The notes: a model not told the origin generated them from the letters alone. A stretch of 64,000 bases of DNA from a bacterium BMS3Abin02 (GCA_002897675.1 BDSU01000040.1:5201-69200); one strand, 5' to 3'; shown: positions 40,547 through 51,476, counted from the stretch's first letter. Made by a program: numbers and translations.

Positions 40547-42934
40547 TTACGCTCCCCCCCGGAGGTGCCCTCCGAGTTCGTCGGCTACGGCAGTGATGAT
40601 CCGGTCGCGGTCCACTCGCACGTCCTCGTTCGTCAGCGTCTTGTCGGACGACCTGAACGTCAGTTGGACGGCGAGGCTCTTGCGACCTTCGGGTACCGAA
40701 CCTCCGCGAAACTCATCGAACAGGTGCACCGTTTCGAGCATGGGACCCGCGGCCCCTCGGATCACCTTGACGAGATCGGAGGAAGGGACGGTTTCACGCA
40801 GCTCGAACGCCAAGTCGAACACGACGGGTGGATACGTGCTCGGTTCATCGAACACCCAGAAGCCCTGCGCTTCGAGCAGTCTCTCCAGGCGAAACTCCCC
40901 CGCTGCAACGCGCCCTTCGATTCCGTACGCCTGCATCACGCCAGGGTGCAATTCCCCGAGCACTCCGATCGGATGCTCATCGAGAAACAGGCGCCCTGCA
41001 CGTCCGGGGTGAAAACCTGCGACGTGTTCTGCGCGCAGTTCGCCCTCCAGGCCCATCGCCGCTTCGATTACCCTCCAAACGGCTCCTGCGGTGGCGAAAT
41101 CGGCCGGCCGGCGCTCCCTGCCGAGCGTCTTGGGGCCGAATCCTCCGGAGATGACAAAGGCAAGGGTGTCCGGTTGAAACGGGATCTTTGGATCGACGTG
41201 ATCCGGGGTGTCGATGAACACCTTCCCCGTCTCAAAGAGGGCAACGGAGGGAAGTCCGTGACTGGCGTTGAAGCGCACCGACTTCAGCAGGCCGGGAAGC
41301 AGCGTCGTGCGCAGCAGCGACTCTTCCTCACGCAACGGATTCCGCACCCGGATCGGGGTCGGACCATCTGCGTGCAGCTTTTTGAGGTCCTCCGGAGCGA
41401 GGAACGTCAACGTCGACGCTTCAGAAAGACCGGCTCCGACCAGCGCCGCCCGGAGTATTCTCGCCCGGCGGGCAGCACGACCAAGTCCGGACCCAGGACC
41501 GCGCGGCAACCGGGACGGGATACGGTTGAGTCCGTACAGCCTGGCGATCTCTTCAACCAGGTCCGCAGGTCGGGTCACGTCGGAACGATACGTCGGCACG
41601 GTGACGCTCAGGGGATCGTCTCCGCGCACACCGAAACCCAGCCGCTCCAGCAGGTCGACTATCTCTTCCCGAGCGAGGGAGATCCCCAGGAGGCGCTCGG
41701 GCTCGGTGAGGGAGAGTGTCACCGTTCGCTCAGGGATCCGGCTCGGGTATGCGTCTTTCGGGTCGGGAACGGGGACACCCCCGGCGATTTGCGTCATCAG
41801 CTGCGCCGCACGTGCCGCGGCTCGTGCCGGAAGGTCCGGATCCACCCCTCGTTCGAATCGGGAGGAAGCTTCGGTCCGCATCCCATGTCGTTTTGCCGTA
41901 TTCATGACCGTGGGCGCGTCGAAATGGGCGGCTTCGATCAGCACCCGACGCGTCGTCGGGCCGACTTCCGTCTCTTCCCCTCCCATCACTCCCGCAAATG
42001 CGATCACCCGCTCAGGGTCCGTGATCAACAGGTCCTCGGGAGTGATCTCGTGTTCCTCACCGTCGAGTGTCCGCAGGTGCTCTCCGGTGCGGCCTCTTCG
42101 CACGATGATCGTTTCCTGGGCGATCGTGTCGAGGTCGAAGCCGTGCAGCGGCTGGCCGTACTCGAGAAGGACGTAGTTCGTGATGTCTACGACGTTGTTG
42201 ATGGAACGGATTCCGGCGTCTCGCAGCCTCAGGCGAATCCACAACGGGGAATCCGACACGGTGACCTCGCGGACCTCTCGGCCCACATACCTGGGGCATC
42301 CCACAGGATCCTCCAGCACGATCGAGACCACCGAGGCTTCGCCACGTTCGTCGAGATCGACTGCCGGCAGGGTCAAAGCCAGTCCGTAGTAGGCGGCCAG
42401 GTCCCGAGCGATTCCCAGGATGGACATCGCGTCGCCCCTGTTCGGGGTGATTGAGAGATCGAAGATGACATCGGGATAGGGCAGCAACGTCGAGAAGTCC
42501 GTGCCGATCGGGACCGAAGGGTCGAGCACCATGATCCCCTCTCGTCCCTCGCCAAGGCCCAACTCGGATTCCGAGCAGATCATCCCGTGGGATTGCACTC
42601 CGCGAATCGTCCGAACCTCCACATGGATTCCTCCGGCAAGATCCGCTCCGGGAAGCGACACGGGCACGAGCGCGCCAACCTCGAAGTTGTCTGCTCCGCA
42701 CACGATCTCCTGCGGCTCGCCTCCGACCGACACTTTGCAGAAGCGAAGTCTGTCTGCGTTGGGATGCTGTTCAATGTGCTCGACCCTGCCGACGACGACA
42801 CCCGAGAAGGCCGGCTCCAGGAGTTCGTATGCCTCGACTTCATGACCGATCGATGCAAGCACCTCGGCGAGTTCGGCAGGATTGTCCGTTGGTACGGCAA
42901 CGAACTCCTTCAGCCAACGCAGAGAGACCTTCAT
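40547..42934 (-). CDS. pheT: Phenylalanine--tRNA ligase beta subunit
   Basis: HPNADRL, SHGMICS..ELG, TPNRGD, RFERGVD, EEIARLYG, FDX-ACB C-terminus. Confidence 0.96.
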   Translation of the reverse strand: MKVSLRWLKEFVAVPTDNPAELAEVLASIGHEVEAYELLEPAFSGVVVGRVEHIEQHPNADRLRFCKVSVGGEPQEIVCGADNFEVGALVPVSLPGADLAGGIHVEVRTIRGVQSHGMICSESELGLGEGREGIMVLDPSVPIGTDFSTLLPYPDVIFDLSITPNRGDAMSILGIARDLAAYYGLALTLPAVDLDERGEASVVSIVLEDPVGCPRYVGREVREVTVSDSPLWIRLRLRDAGIRSINNVVDITNYVLLEYGQPLHGFDLDTIAQETIIVRRGRTGEHLRTLDGEEHEITPEDLLITDPERVIAFAGVMGGEETEVGPTTRRVLIEAAHFDAPTVMNTAKRHGMRTEASSRFERGVDPDLPARAAARAAQLMTQIAGGVPVPDPKDAYPSRIPERTVTLSLTEPERLLGISLAREEIVDLLERLGFGVRGDDPLSVTVPTYRSDVTRPADLVEEIARLYGLNRIPSRLPRGPGSGLGRAARRARILRAALVGAGLSEASTLTFLAPEDLKKLHADGPTPIRVRNPLREEESLLRTTLLPGLLKSVRFNASHGLPSVALFETGKVFIDTPDHVDPKIPFQPDTLAFVISGGFGPKTLGRERRPADFATAGAVWRVIEAAMGLEGELRAEHVAGFHPGRAGRLFLDEHPIGVLGELHPGVMQAYGIEGRVAAGEFRLERLLEAQGFWVFDEPSTYPPVVFDLAFELRETVPSSDLVKVIRGAAGPMLETVHLFDEFRGGSVPEGRKSLAVQLTFRSSDKTLTNEDVRVDRDRIITAVADELGGHLRGGA

Positions 42935-43965
42935 CGGAACTGCTCCAGCACGCGCAGATCGTTATCGAAGAAATGCCTGATGTGCCCGATGCCGTGCCGC
43001 ACCATCGCCAGCCTTTCCACCCCGACCCCGAACGCGAATCCGGACACCGCCGTCGGGTCGTAACCCACGGCTTCGAAGACGTTCGGGTCGACCATTCCGC
43101 ATCCGAGGAGTTCGATCCATCCGGTCTGGCCGCACACGCGGCATCCGCTGCCGTCGCAGTTGAAGCACGACACCGCCATCTCTGCGGAGGGCTCGGTGAA
43201 GGGAAAGAAGTGCGGGTACATGCGAATCTTCCTGCCCACGCCGAAGAACCGCTCCATGAAGTACTGCAGAGTTCCCTTCAAATCGGCGAACGTGAGGGCA
43301 TCATCGACCGAAAGGCCCTCGACCTGCGTAAACACAGGCGAGTGGGTCGCATCGAGGGCATCGGACCGGTACACCCTCCCGGGCACGATCACATAGACGG
43401 GCGGTTCATGTTGCTCCATATAACGGACCTGCATGGGCGACGTCTGCGTCCTCAAGAGCAGTTCATCTGCCGGATCGCCCCAATCGACATAGAGTGTGTC
43501 GGACTCCAGCCGTGCTGGGTGTGTAGGCGGAGTGTTGAGGGCGTCGAAGTTGTAGGCGGCGGTCTCGACTTCGGGCCCGGTCGCTACCGCATACCCCAGG
43601 GCGGTGAAGATGTCACAGACCTCTTCCACGGTTTCGGTGAGCAGGTGATGGTGGCCCCTCGGGATCTCGAAGACGGGCAACGTCACATCGGTGCGTTCGA
43701 CCTCCAGGAGTTCGTCTTCGGCAGCTCTCTCCAGCTCGGCTCGGCGTGCTTCCAGCTGCGCCTTCAACTCCTGATATGCCTCATTCAGCGCCGCACCAAC
43801 CGTGGGACGCTCTTCGGGCGGAAGCTTGCCGAGAGTCTTGCGTTGCTGAGCGATGATCGACGATCTTCCGATCAGCTCTCGTTCGAGGTCTTGAAGCGCG
43901 TCGAGACTCGACGCCGCCTGGATGCGAGCGGGGGCCTCTGCGCGGAGTTGCTTGATGCGATCCAT
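42931..43965 (-). CDS. pheS: Phenylalanine--tRNA ligase alpha subunit
   Basis: NFDALN..HPAR, LRTQTSP, DATHSP.F.Q.EG, FPFTEPS, GFAFG.G.ER. Confidence 0.97.
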   Translation of the reverse strand: MDRIKQLRAEAPARIQAASSLDALQDLERELIGRSSIIAQQRKTLGKLPPEERPTVGAALNEAYQELKAQLEARRAELERAAEDELLEVERTDVTLPVFEIPRGHHHLLTETVEEVCDIFTALGYAVATGPEVETAAYNFDALNTPPTHPARLESDTLYVDWGDPADELLLRTQTSPMQVRYMEQHEPPVYVIVPGRVYRSDALDATHSPVFTQVEGLSVDDALTFADLKGTLQYFMERFFGVGRKIRMYPHFFPFTEPSAEMAVSCFNCDGSGCRVCGQTGWIELLGCGMVDPNVFEAVGYDPTAVSGFAFGVGVERLAMVRHGIGHIRHFFDNDLRVLEQFR

Positions 43966-44054
43966 CGTGCCGGGAGGTTAGCGCGCCGACGCGCGGTGCC
44001 CTCCAATCCTCCGGGGATGGCGGCGTGCCGCACGGGACGCACGTGGCCGCATTC

Positions 44055-44792
44055 TCAGGTATCTTCGCTTCCGGCGTGATGCCGACTGCGCTCGTAGGCG
44101 AGGATTGCTCCGGCGATTCCGGCATTCAGACTCTCCATCCCTCCCGGCATGGGAATCGTGACCAACAGATCAGACACGGCCACAACGTGGTCGGGAAGGC
44201 CGTGGGCCTCGGGACCGACGATGATCGCGATTCGGTCTTCGTCAGCGAGCTTCGCCGGGTCGATCCCGGCTCGTGGGACGGCAGCCACCGTCGTGAAGCC
44301 CCGCGCCTGCAGGCCCTGCGGTGTCGCCTCCCTCTCGATGGTCGTTCGAAAATGGCCACCGGCCGCCGCCCTCAGTGCCTTCGGGGACCAGGGATCGGTA
44401 CTCGAGGAGTCGACTGCCACGTCCATGCCGAATGCTGCTGCAGAGCGGATGAGCGTTCCCATGTTGCCCGGGTCACCGATGCCCCACGGCAGGAGGCACG
44501 AGCGCGAGACTCCTGTCGACGGTGGAACCGCCATGACGGCTACCGGTCCTCGAGGATGCTGCGTCGGCGCCAGCCTCTCGAGCACTTCTGCGCTCACATA
44601 GACGACCTCGGAGAGCTCCTCGGCCACAGGATCGCCCACGAGGGCGAACACCGTTTCGAGTTCATGGCCGGCGGCGATCGCCGCGAATACCAGGTTGGGT
44701 CCCTCGAGGAGCGTCTTGCCGGCGACGCGGCGCTCGCGGGAGCGCCGAAGCTTCAGAGCCGCAGCGACCCGCGAGTTACGCGTCGATCGAAT
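44055..44792 (-). CDS. TrmH/SpoU family RNA methyltransferase; probable ATT start
   Basis: DPGNMGTLIRSAAAFG, GPEAHGL, ESLNA; the frame stays open upstream of 44651 with IRSTRNSRV..EGPNL and has no ATG/GTG/TTG there. Confidence 0.82.
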   Translation of the reverse strand: MRSTRNSRVAAALKLRRSRERRVAGKTLLEGPNLVFAAIAAGHELETVFALVGDPVAEELSEVVYVSAEVLERLAPTQHPRGPVAVMAVPPSTGVSRSCLLPWGIGDPGNMGTLIRSAAAFGMDVAVDSSSTDPWSPKALRAAAGGHFRTTIEREATPQGLQARGFTTVAAVPRAGIDPAKLADEDRIAIIVGPEAHGLPDHVVAVSDLLVTIPMPGGMESLNAGIAGAILAYERSRHHAGSEDT

Positions 44793-44796
44793 AGGT

Positions 44797-45153
44797 TCAG
44801 TGTTGGGCTGCGTTGGCTGCCTCGACGATCTGACTGAAGGACGTAGGGTCGTTGACCGCCATCTCTGCGAGCATCTTCCGGTCGACCTCGATATCGGCCG
44901 CCTTCAACCCGGCCATCAGCCGCGAATAGGTCGTCCCGTTCTGTCGCGCCGCGGCGTTGATCCTGGAAATCCAGAGTCGTCGAAACTCGCCCTTCTTCGC
45001 GCGACGATCCCGATACGAGTCCGACATCGCATGCATGACCTGCTCGTTCGCCGTGCGGAATCTGCGGCTCTTTGCCCCTTTGTAACCTTTGGCGCGATTG
45101 AGCACCTTGCGGTGCTTCTTCCGCCCATGAAGGGCGCGTTTTACCCGTGCCAT
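44797..45153 (-). CDS. rplT: 50S ribosomal protein L20
   Basis: MARVKR, AKGY.G, YRDRR.KK.EFR.LWI.RINAA. Confidence 0.98.
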   Translation of the reverse strand: MARVKRALHGRKKHRKVLNRAKGYKGAKSRRFRTANEQVMHAMSDSYRDRRAKKGEFRRLWISRINAAARQNGTTYSRLMAGLKAADIEVDRKMLAEMAVNDPTSFSQIVEAANAAQH

Positions 45154-45163
45154 ACGATGCCTC

Positions 45164-45355
45164 CTAGCGGCCCAGCAGGCGCGACGCCGTGCGTCGGTCG
45201 CCGCGAGTCATTTCGGTAGTGCCTTTGAGCTGACGGAAACGTTTCCGGCTCTTGGCGAGCTTCAGATGGCCTCGACCCGCGCGCGCACGCACGATCTTGC
45301 CCGTTCCGGTGCGTCGCATACGTTTCGCGGCGCCCCGGTGACTCTTCGTTTTCAT
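45164..45355 (-). CDS. rpmI: 50S ribosomal protein L35
   Basis: [17 protein letters not shown]; position between infC and rplT. Confidence 0.93.
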   Translation of the reverse strand: MKTKSHRGAAKRMRRTGTGKIVRARAGRGHLKLAKSRKRFRQLKGTTEMTRGDRRTASRLLGR

Positions 45356-45993
45356 CAGCTGCTCCTCTCATCTGGATCGCTCCCGACGTCGGTGTCCGCA
45401 ACCTCGACAGGGACGGTGTCGCCGGTCGTATCCGCAACGAAATCTCCGGCCGTATCTGCGTCTTCGCTCTGTCTCGCCGGTTTCGGGTGGCGGACCGGCA
45501 CGAGAATCATGTGCATGTTCCGTCCCTCTTGTCGTGGCGCCTGCTCGACCTTGGCAGCGTCGCCGATCTCCTCGACGAGGCGATCGATGATCTTCAGCCC
45601 CAACTCGGGACGAGACATCTCGCGGCCTCGAAACCAGATGGTTATCTTCACCCTGTCACCGTGTTCGAGGAATTTCAGGACACGATTCCGCTTGATCTCG
45701 TAGTCGTGATCGCCGATTCTTGGTTTGAACTTGACTTCCTTGATCACGGTCCGCGTCTGGTTCTTTCGAGCTTCCCGGGACTTCACAGACTGTTCATACT
45801 TGTACTTGCCATAGTCCATGAGCCGGCAAACCGGCGGGTTCGCGCTCGGTGCCACTTCAACGAGGTCCAAACCCAACTGTTCGGCCAGCCACAAGGCCTC
45901 TTGCAGTTTCTTGATTCCGATCTGACCTCCGTCGGGGGCGACGACTCTGACTTCTCGGGCTCGGATATACCCATTGACGCGTAGTTCGGCGAT
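45355..45993 (-). CDS. infC: Translation initiation factor IF-3, AUC start
   Basis: GAGGAGG-N6-ATC-GCC-GAA-CTA-CGC-GTC-AAT; LDLVEVAP..PPVC.LMDYGKYKY, KEVKF.P.I..HD. Confidence 0.95.
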   Translation of the reverse strand: MAELRVNGYIRAREVRVVAPDGGQIGIKKLQEALWLAEQLGLDLVEVAPSANPPVCRLMDYGKYKYEQSVKSREARKNQTRTVIKEVKFKPRIGDHDYEIKRNRVLKFLEHGDRVKITIWFRGREMSRPELGLKIIDRLVEEIGDAAKVEQAPRQEGRNMHMILVPVRHPKPARQSEDADTAGDFVADTTGDTVPVEVADTDVGSDPDERSS

Positions 45994-46011
45994 CGCAATC
46001 CTCCTCTATGG

Positions 46012-46100
46012 AAAACGACAGCAAGCGAAGCCCACTGCCGTCTCAACAGAACCTCGGCGCACCTTCGGTGGCCGGGTGGGATGGTCTCCTCTTGCGCTCG
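46012..46100 (-). promoter_or_regulatory. infC leader, L20-leader-like structured RNA
   Basis: GAGGAGACCATCCCACCCGG..GTGGGCTTCGCTTGC between promoter and infC; resembles infC-rpmI-rplT leaders by eye only. Confidence 0.5.
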
Positions 46101-46112
46101 ATTGTCCCCGGC

Positions 46113-46140
46113 AGTATACGGTGGGGCCTCACCCTGTCAA
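46113..46140 (-). promoter_or_regulatory. infC operon promoter TTGACA-N16-TATACT
   Basis: Near-consensus sigma70 boxes. Confidence 0.75.
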
Positions 46141-46188
46141 TGCGAGAACCTTCGGTGAACGGGACCGGCCGAAGCTCGGGCCCCGACC

Positions 46189-46656
46189 TCAGCCGATCCT
46201 CTCGAGCACATCGAGCATTGCCAGTACCGCCATGGCGGCCTCGTACCCTTTGTTCGCCGGCCCCGGCAGTGAACGGTCTCTCGCGTGCTCGAATTCGGTC
46301 ACGGTCAGAACCGCATTGCCGACGGGTACGCCGGTGGCGAGGGAGACACTCACGAGCCCCGCAATCGACTGACTGCCGACATGCTCGTAGTGATCGGTCT
46401 CTCCCTTGATCACCGCACCGACTGCGACCACTGCGTCGTGTCCGGTCTGCGCGAGGCGTTGCACGACAAGGGGTATCTCCAGCGATCCTGGAACTCGGAC
46501 GACGGTCACCTGCTCGGTGCCGGATGCCTCGAGCGCCTCCAGCGCACCGGCGAGCAGACCGTCTGTGATCACTCGATTGAATGAAGCAACGACGACACCA
46601 ACTCTGCGCCCTTCTCCCATCGCCTCTCCCCGGATCTCACGGAGTTGCATCTGCAC
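46189..46656 (-). CDS. ribH: 6,7-dimethyl-8-ribityllumazine synthase
   Basis: [31 protein letters not shown]. Confidence 0.95.
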   Translation of the reverse strand: MQMQLREIRGEAMGEGRRVGVVVASFNRVITDGLLAGALEALEASGTEQVTVVRVPGSLEIPLVVQRLAQTGHDAVVAVGAVIKGETDHYEHVGSQSIAGLVSVSLATGVPVGNAVLTVTEFEHARDRSLPGPANKGYEAAMAVLAMLDVLERIG

Positions 46657-47860
46657 CCTCCAGATGAATGGAATGCCCGAGCTTCTCCACTTTGGTGGTC
46701 AGATAGCCGAGATTCTCGGGGTTCGGCCTCACTTCCAGCGGGACGGTCTCGGTGATCTCGAGGCCGTAGCCCTCGATCCCCGCACGTTTCGTCGGGTTGT
46801 TCGTCAGCAGTCGCATCGTCGTGATCCCGAGATCGGCGAGGATCTGGGCACCCACGCCATAGTCCCTCGCGTCCGTTGGCAGCCCCAATTCGAGGTTTGC
46901 CTCCACCGTGTCGCGACCGTGGTCCTGGAGCGCGTATGCCTCGAGCTTGTGCATCAGCCCGATTCCTCTGCCCTCGTGGCCACGCAGGTAGAGCACCACG
47001 CCACTCCCCTCGGCTGCGATCTTGCTCATCGCGTCCCGCAGCTGGAAACCACAATCGCACCGAAGACTGCCGAGCGTGTCCCCGGTCAGGCATTCCGAAT
47101 GGACCCTCACGAGGACGTCTTCCTTGCCCGAGATCTCCCCTTTGACGAGCGCCAGATGCTCACGATGATCGACGAGAGACTCGTAGGCGATCGCTTCGAA
47201 CACGCCGAACTCCGTTGGGATGCGTGCCTCCGCCCCGCGGCGGATCAACCGTTGACGCCGGCGCCGATAGGCGATCAGATCCGCTATCTGGATCATGACG
47301 AGGTGATGCTTACGAGCGAACAGCTTCAGGTCGCCGAGGCGAGCGACGGAACCGTCGTCCGCAACGATCTCGGCGAGTACTCCTGCAGGTCCGAGTCCTG
47401 CCAACGTCGCCAGATCGACCGCTGCTTCGGTGTGGCCTGCTCGCCGAAGCACTCCACCGGGTCGATAACGTAGCGGGAAGATGTGGCCGGGCCTCGTGAG
47501 GTCTTCAGGCTCGGTTGCACGATCGACCATCGCTCTGATCGTTGCAGCCCTGTCCGCTGCCGAGATCCCCGTCGTCGTGGCCGGACGGTAGTCCACCGAC
47601 ACCGTGAAGGCGGTGAGCCGGGCATCCGTGTTTTGCATCACCATCATCGGGATGCGCAACTCGTCGAGGCGTTCGCCCGTGAGCGGTACGCAGATGATGC
47701 CACTCGTGTGACGCACCATGAATCCGATCTTCTCCGGTGTGGCTTTTTCGGCTGCGAGGATGAGATCACCCTCGTTCTCCCGGTCCTCGTCGTCGACGAC
47801 GACGACGAACTCACCACGGGAGATCGCTCCGACTGCATCTTCTATCGGCGCGAACGTCAT
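46637..47860 (-). CDS. ribBA: DHBP synthase / GTP cyclohydrolase II
   Basis: [37 protein letters not shown]. Confidence 0.97.
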   Translation of the reverse strand: MTFAPIEDAVGAISRGEFVVVVDDEDRENEGDLILAAEKATPEKIGFMVRHTSGIICVPLTGERLDELRIPMMVMQNTDARLTAFTVSVDYRPATTTGISAADRAATIRAMVDRATEPEDLTRPGHIFPLRYRPGGVLRRAGHTEAAVDLATLAGLGPAGVLAEIVADDGSVARLGDLKLFARKHHLVMIQIADLIAYRRRRQRLIRRGAEARIPTEFGVFEAIAYESLVDHREHLALVKGEISGKEDVLVRVHSECLTGDTLGSLRCDCGFQLRDAMSKIAAEGSGVVLYLRGHEGRGIGLMHKLEAYALQDHGRDTVEANLELGLPTDARDYGVGAQILADLGITTMRLLTNNPTKRAGIEGYGLEITETVPLEVRPNPENLGYLTTKVEKLGHSIHLEGADATP

Positions 47861-48444
47861 CGTTTCATCTCCATGAGACGTTCGAGATACTTCGCGATCA
47901 CATCCACTTCGATGTTCACGGGGTCACCCGGGCCCCGCAGCCCGAGGACCGTCACTTCGAGCGTGTGTGGAATCAACGCGACCTCGAACCAGTCCACGCC
48001 CGCGGCGGTCACCGTGAGGCTCACTCCGTCGACGGCCACCGAACCTTTCTCCGCGATGTACGGTGAGATCGTCTCCGGGATGCCGACACGCATGCGCAGG
48101 CTGTCGCCCTCCGGTTCCAGTGTTCTCACATGCCCGACCCCGTCGACATGCCCCTGGACGACATGACCGTCGAAGCGCCCCGATGCCGGCAACGGACGCT
48201 CCAGATCAACGGACATACCCACCTCGAGCGCACCCAGATCGGTACGGAGAAGTGTCTCGTGCACGACGTCGGCTTCGAAACCCCCTTCCGGACATGCCAC
48301 AACCGTCAGACACACGCCGTTGACCGCGACCGAGTCGCCGATGCCCAACCCGGGAAGGTCCGTCTCGATGTCGAGTCGTCGACCCAGGTCGGTCATCGTG
48401 ATCTGGCGTACCGTGCCCAGAGATTCAACGATTCCGGTAAACAT
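47857..48444 (-). CDS. ribE: Riboflavin synthase
   Basis: [43 protein letters not shown]. Confidence 0.96.
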   Translation of the reverse strand: MFTGIVESLGTVRQITMTDLGRRLDIETDLPGLGIGDSVAVNGVCLTVVACPEGGFEADVVHETLLRTDLGALEVGMSVDLERPLPASGRFDGHVVQGHVDGVGHVRTLEPEGDSLRMRVGIPETISPYIAEKGSVAVDGVSLTVTAAGVDWFEVALIPHTLEVTVLGLRGPGDPVNIEVDVIAKYLERLMEMKR

Positions 48445-49487
48445 CAATCATCCTCCAGTGTGGCCTCGATCTTCACGCACGTGCCGACCGTCGATATGTG
48501 TGTGATACGCACGCGGCGGCTCTGCGACAGGGTGGCGAACTCTCCAGCAAACACGGTCTTCCCCGCGCCGCCGGCAAGCCGGGCGCCGAGGTAGAGGACC
48601 ATGCGGTCGACAAGGTCCTCAGACAGCAACGAAGCAGCCAATCTCGGGCCACCCTCGACGAGAACATCCACGATGCCCCGCCTGCCGAGCGCCTCGAGAC
48701 CGAGCCGCAGGTCGACCACGCCGTTTCCAGGCGCGACGATCGTGTCGACGCCCTTGAGGGCCGTTGGGGTGAGCACGATGGGGTCGCGAGCCAGCAGCCG
48801 AGCATCGGGGGGAATCGGCCGTGCCCCCGCGACGAGGATGGGAACCGGCTGTGGACCCGTGTAATCCTCCAACCGTACATCCAGCCGAGGATCGTCGACC
48901 CGCAGCGTCCCCGCTCCCACCATCACGGCGTCTGCCCCGGCGCGGAGACGATGCGCGTCCATCCGTGCAATCTCGTCGGTGATCCACTGCGATGAACCGT
49001 CGAGAGCCGCCACCTGGCCGTCGAGTGTCGCCGCTGCCTTCAACGTGACCATCGGGCGCCCTGTTCTGCGATGGTGAAAGTAGCCGGGATCGAGGGTTTC
49101 GGCTTCGTGTTCCATCAGACCGACCTCGACATCGAGTCCGGCCGTCCGTAGCGCCTCGATACCCCCACCGGCAACGCGGACATCCGGATCTTCGACCGCC
49201 ACGACGACACGCCGGATCCCGGCAGCAACGATTGCGTCCACGCAGGGTGGCGTTCTTCCGACGTGCGTGCACGGTTCGAGTGTGACGTAGATCGTTCCAC
49301 CTCTGGCCGAGGCTCCGGCACTGTCGAGCGCAACCACCTCGGCGTGGGGACTGCCCGGGCCGGCGTGGCTGCCCTCCCCCGCAGACTCGCCATTTACGTC
49401 GACAACCACAGCTCCTACGCGCGGATTCGGATGCGGACGCGCTCCTCGTGCGATATCGAGACTCCGAGCCATCCAGTGTTCGTCCAC
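48444..49487 (-). CDS. ribD: Diaminohydroxyphosphoribosylaminopyrimidine deaminase/reductase
   Basis: PNPRVGAV, HAE, TLEPC.H.GRTPPC, TLDG, VEGG. Confidence 0.95.
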   Translation of the reverse strand: MDEHWMARSLDIARGARPHPNPRVGAVVVDVNGESAGEGSHAGPGSPHAEVVALDSAGASARGGTIYVTLEPCTHVGRTPPCVDAIVAAGIRRVVVAVEDPDVRVAGGGIEALRTAGLDVEVGLMEHEAETLDPGYFHHRRTGRPMVTLKAAATLDGQVAALDGSSQWITDEIARMDAHRLRAGADAVMVGAGTLRVDDPRLDVRLEDYTGPQPVPILVAGARPIPPDARLLARDPIVLTPTALKGVDTIVAPGNGVVDLRLGLEALGRRGIVDVLVEGGPRLAASLLSEDLVDRMVLYLGARLAGGAGKTVFAGEFATLSQSRRVRITHISTVGTCVKIEATLEDD

Positions 49488-49531
49488 ACGTCACCTCGTT
49501 CACAAGGGCGGACGCGCGCGGACGCATGACG

Positions 49532-49646
49532 CCCTCCTTCTCTCATCCGGACTCTCACCGTCGGCTCCGGAGTTCCACCGGGTCCACCCCGAAGGGGTCG
49601 CGGGCTCTCACCGCCGGTCGGGAATTGCACCCTGCCCTGAAGGGGG
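49532..49646 (-). ncRNA. FMN riboswitch (RFN element)
   Basis: CTTCAGGGCAGGGTGCAATTCCCGACCGGCGGT..AGCCCGCGA..GAGCCGACGGT.AGAGTCCGGATGAGAGAAG upstream of ribD. Confidence 0.96.
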
Positions 49647-49815
49647 CTGTGCACGAGTCTAGTGTTCCGGCAGGCTACCTTCGCGGTGCCGATACCGAAT
49701 CTGGTCGTTCGCCCACTCATGCATCCGTACTTCGCATCGCGACCGGGCCGGCGAAACGACGCAGCGGTTGCCTGCCGAAACAGTGGTGTGTTGGCCGCCA
49801 ACGAGACCCCCGCGC

Positions 49816-50745
49816 TCAGGAGGTACGGCGGTCGATTTCGTAGGCGGATCCCGACGTCGCCTTGGCGAACTCCTTCATCTCCACTGCCACCGCCGACGCC
49901 TCCCATTGTGAAGTGATGGGGCGGTGTCGATTGGTCGCGACGCCGAGCGATATCGAGATGATGGGGTAGGCGTGCTGTTCCCCCCGCCGGTCACTCACCT
50001 CCACGTAGCCCCGCAGGGCGTCCGCGGTGTCGTAGAAGTCGAGAATGCCCGCATCGAAGATCCGGATGGTCGCCTGGCAGAACGCCTCGACCGACTCGGG
50101 GTGAATCAAGGCGACGAAATCATCACCGCCGATGTGCCCGACGAAGACCCGTGGATCCTCGTTCTCCGCCGCGGCCTCGAGTAGAGCGTGGGCCGTGTAC
50201 TTGATGACCTGATCGCCTCGCATGAAGCCGTAGTGGTCATTGAACGATTTGAAGTTGTCGAGATCGGCGTGGACGATGGCGATCGGCCCGCGCTCCGCGA
50301 CACGCCGCTCCATCTCTTCGGAAATCCTGAAATTCCCCGGCAACCCCGTCAACGGTGACACATCTCGCATCGTCTGGGAGCGACGCATGACAGCCTTGAC
50401 GCGCGCGACGAGTTCCTCGACATCGAAGGGCTTGTTGATGTAGTCGTCTGCTCCGAGGTCGAGACCGCGGATACGGTCTTCCGGCATCGTTCTCGCCGTG
50501 AGCAGGATCACGGACGTATTCGCGGCCGAGGGGTGCGTCCGTAGACGACGGAGAACGTCGAAACCATCCAACTTGGGCATCATGACATCGAGGAGGACGA
50601 GATCCGGGGGCTCCTTCATGACCGACTCGATCGCTTCACGGCCATCTCGCGCCTCGGTGACCTGAAAACCCTCGAGCTCCAAGTTCACACGAATGAACTG
50701 CAGGATGTCGGGATCGTCGTCCGCGACCAGGATCCGCTGTGCCAT
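49816..50745 (-). CDS. Response regulator receiver + GGDEF-family domain protein
   Basis: ILVADDD, LLDVMMP, GADDYINKPF; SPLTGLPGN, DLDNFK.FND.YG..GD, HIGGDDF. Confidence 0.88.
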   Translation of the reverse strand: MAQRILVADDDPDILQFIRVNLELEGFQVTEARDGREAIESVMKEPPDLVLLDVMMPKLDGFDVLRRLRTHPSAANTSVILLTARTMPEDRIRGLDLGADDYINKPFDVEELVARVKAVMRRSQTMRDVSPLTGLPGNFRISEEMERRVAERGPIAIVHADLDNFKSFNDHYGFMRGDQVIKYTAHALLEAAAENEDPRVFVGHIGGDDFVALIHPESVEAFCQATIRIFDAGILDFYDTADALRGYVEVSDRRGEQHAYPIISISLGVATNRHRPITSQWEASAVAVEMKEFAKATSGSAYEIDRRTS

Positions 50746-50746
50746 C

Positions 50747-51412
50747 TCACTCCATCGATTCGACTGACGCTCTGAGCTCTTGCACGGCTGCGACCGGATC
50801 CGCCGACCCGAAGATCGCGCTTCCGGCCACGAACACGTCCGCTCCGGCTTCCCGTGCAGCACGGGCATTCTCAGAACTCACACCACCGTCAATCTCTATA
50901 TCGGTCGGCAGGCTGTGAGAATCAATGAACTTTCTCGCTATCTCGACCTTTTCGAGGGAATCGCCGATGAACGACTGGCCTCCGAACCCCGGATGCACCG
51001 ACATCACGAGCAGGAGATCGACGAGCTCGACGAACGGTTCCACCGCTTCGAACGGTGTGGACGGGTTCAGGGCGAGGCCGAACGCCAACCCTTCGGCCCG
51101 GGCCTGTGCGGCGACTCGCGTCGGGTCCGGGTACACCTCGATGTGCACCGTGGCAAGATCGACTCCTGCGGTCCTCAACGCCGGAAAGTAGGCGTCGGGA
51201 TTCGTCGTCATCAGATGGCAATCGAAGAACAACGAGGAACAGCGCCGCAGAGCGGCGATGACCGGTATACCGAAGGTGATATTCGGGACGAAGTGTCCAT
51301 CCATCACATCGAGATGGAGAAGCTCGACATATGGCTCGACCATCGCGACATCCTCTGCGAGATGTGCAAAGTCCGCCGCGAGGATCGAAGGGGCGATGCG
51401 TGCAGGCTGCAT
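50747..51412 (-). CDS. rpe: Ribulose-phosphate 3-epimerase
   Basis: IAPSILAADF, HLDVMDGHFVPN, MSV.PGFGGQ, IEIDGG, VAGSAIF. Confidence 0.97.
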   Translation of the reverse strand: MQPARIAPSILAADFAHLAEDVAMVEPYVELLHLDVMDGHFVPNITFGIPVIAALRRCSSLFFDCHLMTTNPDAYFPALRTAGVDLATVHIEVYPDPTRVAAQARAEGLAFGLALNPSTPFEAVEPFVELVDLLLVMSVHPGFGGQSFIGDSLEKVEIARKFIDSHSLPTDIEIDGGVSSENARAAREAGADVFVAGSAIFGSADPVAAVQELRASVESME

Positions 51413-51476
51413 CGGGCGAGTGTATCAACTCCGCAGGCAGCTACTCTGGACCCCCGGTTCGTTCCCGCTATCGGGC

